Assembly: GCA_965198175.1 (NCBI GenBank)
Contig: OZ240245.1
Location: 3,520,001-3,584,000 of the forward strand
From: Candidatus Poribacteria bacterium
Lineage (GTDB): Bacteria; Poribacteria; WGA-4E; PCPOR2b
Direction of reading: 5' to 3'
Length of the DNA: 64,000 nt
Each line of letters begins with the position of its first letter. Position 1 is the stretch's first letter. The notes under the pieces were generated by a model. That model did no database searches. It saw only the letters and a list, made by a program, of their open reading frames with translations, and was not told the DNA's origin. This document shows, one piece after another, positions 62,436 to 64,000 of the stretch. Made by a program: the position numbers and the translations under genes.

Positions 62436-64000
62436 CTACTTTTCCGCCGTCAGACGTGGGGTTATTTCTGCGAAATTGGTCTCCAAGTGCTTGTCGAATA
62501 CCAACTCAAATACGCCTGTTAGCGTCGTGCCTTCAATCAGCCTAATCGTGCCCGCAACATTAAACGCGCCTTCGAGTGTTTCCAGCACCTTTTTCTTGTA
62601 CTGGGTATCTTGGTTCTCGCTGAGGTGTTCGCCTTTTGTGTCGAAAATCAGTACCCGTTTCTCATCATCTCCCCGACTTGCAAGTGCTACAAAGTCTGGG
62701 TAAATGCGCCCCTGTTTCCAGCCTTGCAGGTAATACTCCCCCTTTTGACGTGCTGCGACACGATGCCACCATTTCAACGCCTTCTGTTCGTCCAGATAAC
62801 GAGCAAAACTGATTTCCAACTTATTGAATTGGCTTACAAACACTGGTTCAAACAGACTTAACTGTAATGGTTCATAGCTCTTTCTAGTAAGTAGCGTATC
62901 ATTGTCACCAACAAAAAGTTCATAATTGCCTACCATTCTGTAATTTGGTTTTTCAGTCTCTAAATCAAACCGAATTTCGCCACCGTTCAACTTCTCCTGA
63001 AAAACTGTCTCCGCTTGTGTTTCCACTTCGTTTCTTACATGCTCTCGCAGCACTTGTGTAAGATAGGCGCGACGGTCATAGATATAATCCTCTGACTCGC
63101 CTCCCTGTTTGAGGCGGTCAATTAGTTGCTGTGCTATGCGTGCAGCGTGCCACGGATTAGGTACAATGTCGGAAAGATGGCGTGCGAAGTCGGTTACGCG
63201 TACCGTTTTGTCAATGTAAAGGTCCTGGTCGGCGTGATAAACAGGCGGTCTATCGCCAAGGTCAACTGTTGCAGCTTGACGCCTTACGCTGGCGGGTGCG
63301 GATGCGCGCGGATCCAGCGCTGCAATCGCCTCCCAGTCAATATGTGGGAGGATATGACGCTGATAGTCAAGTTGAATCCAATCCCCGCCATTTGAATGGA
63401 GCACTAGCGGCAGAAAGATATCTTCACCCCGATACTGCGTTCGCCGTTCAACGGTTTTCCGAATGGCGTCCGCTTGTCCCTCACCTGTAGCGTTCAGCAC
63501 TTCATCGCCCAAACCTGTAAGTCCCTCCGCTTCTAGACCGTTTTTGACCTGCTTGACGACATCGCCAACCGCAGCGTTATGACAATAGACGTAACACTGA
63601 TCAAGCGATTCCCGTCCGGTAAGCTGCGCGTGTGGTTGACGCATGACTCTGCCTACAAGCTGGGTAATCGCCTTCTGTGCCTGCGTGTTGTCCAGCATCA
63701 CCAACAGGTATGCGAATGGACAATCCCAACCCTCCATTAACGCCGATTTTGTGATTATCCATTTCACCGGGCAAAACTCGGAAAGCAAATCTTCCTTGCC
63801 AAGCTCATCCTTTTCGGCGGATTTCACGCGGATCGCATCCGAGGGCACATGCAAATTGTGTTCGAGATATTGCCGCACATCTTCAGCATGGATATTCTCT
63901 CCATCTCTCTGATCTCTACCCGTTCTTTCGACGCGAACAACGGCGATTGGGCGGATATAACGCCCAGTATTGCTCTCAAGTGATTTGGCTTCGGCATCAA
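62436..64000 (-). CDS. Type III restriction enzyme Res-like helicase-nuclease (partial, 5' end outside window)
   Basis: Frame open to the window end (GRYIRPI); ALMEGWDCPFAY, QLVGRVMRQP, C-terminal IYPDFV..DTKG. Confidence 0.85.
   Translation of the reverse strand, partial: DAEAKSLESNTGRYIRPIAVVRVERTGRDQRDGENIHAEDVRQYLEHNLHVPSDAIRVKSAEKDELGKEDLLSEFCPVKWIITKSALMEGWDCPFAYLLVMLDNTQAQKAITQLVGRVMRQPHAQLTGRESLDQCYVYCHNAAVGDVVKQVKNGLEAEGLTGLGDEVLNATGEGQADAIRKTVERRTQYRGEDIFLPLVLHSNGGDWIQLDYQRHILPHIDWEAIAALDPRASAPASVRRQAATVDLGDRPPVYHADQDLYIDKTVRVTDFARHLSDIVPNPWHAARIAQQLIDRLKQGGESEDYIYDRRAYLTQVLREHVRNEVETQAETVFQEKLNGGEIRFDLETEKPNYRMVGNYELFVGDNDTLLTRKSYEPLQLSLFEPVFVSQFNKLEISFARYLDEQKALKWWHRVAARQKGEYYLQGWKQGRIYPDFVALASRGDDEKRVLIFDTKGEHLSENQDTQYKKKVLETLEGAFNVAGTIRLIEGTTLTGVFELVFDKHLETNFAEITPRLTAEK

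Noticed and set aside
9157..63912. Numerous short overlapping or antisense ORFs in the track
   Set aside because: They overlap well-supported genes and have no motifs; treated as shadow ORFs.
1..64000. tRNA or rRNA genes
   Set aside because: None recognised by eye; tRNAscan-SE or Infernal would be needed to exclude them.

Overview
Bacterial chromosomal window. Bases 1 to ~8,400 are a visibly AT-richer accessory island. It holds a truncated phage P2 GpD-like tail gene that the ORF track missed, a VirE-N/BT4734-like primase/Rep gene, two repeat-bounded cargo cassettes (HEPN-like protein; membrane protein plus SDH/ClpP-fold protease), an IS5/IS427-group element next to a truncated EEP nuclease, and a His-repeat lipoprotein. 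From ~8.9 to 62 kb the window is mostly housekeeping and metabolic: lpxK, miaA, ccmB/ccmC, rsmI, murQ, larC, dtd, uxuA, moaC, a sugar ABC transporter and two PhyH dioxygenases. This part also has a four-gene uncharacterised membrane cluster (DUF6754-like, first gene frameshifted) and an eight-gene partner-switching (Rsb-type) signalling locus with no sigma factor in view. The window ends inside a type III restriction (Res-like) gene. Best finds: (1) an unannotated AhpC/TSA-family selenoprotein at 18274-18759 (-) with TGA at the redox-Cys position and a SECIS-like hairpin; (2) a cassette architecture in the island, where unrelated cargo genes share a ~70-bp promoter/RBS/N-terminal module upstream and a 34-bp repeat downstream. 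The gene content is reminiscent of Ca. Poribacteria, but that is inference only. All family calls are from motif recognition by eye; no database searches were run.
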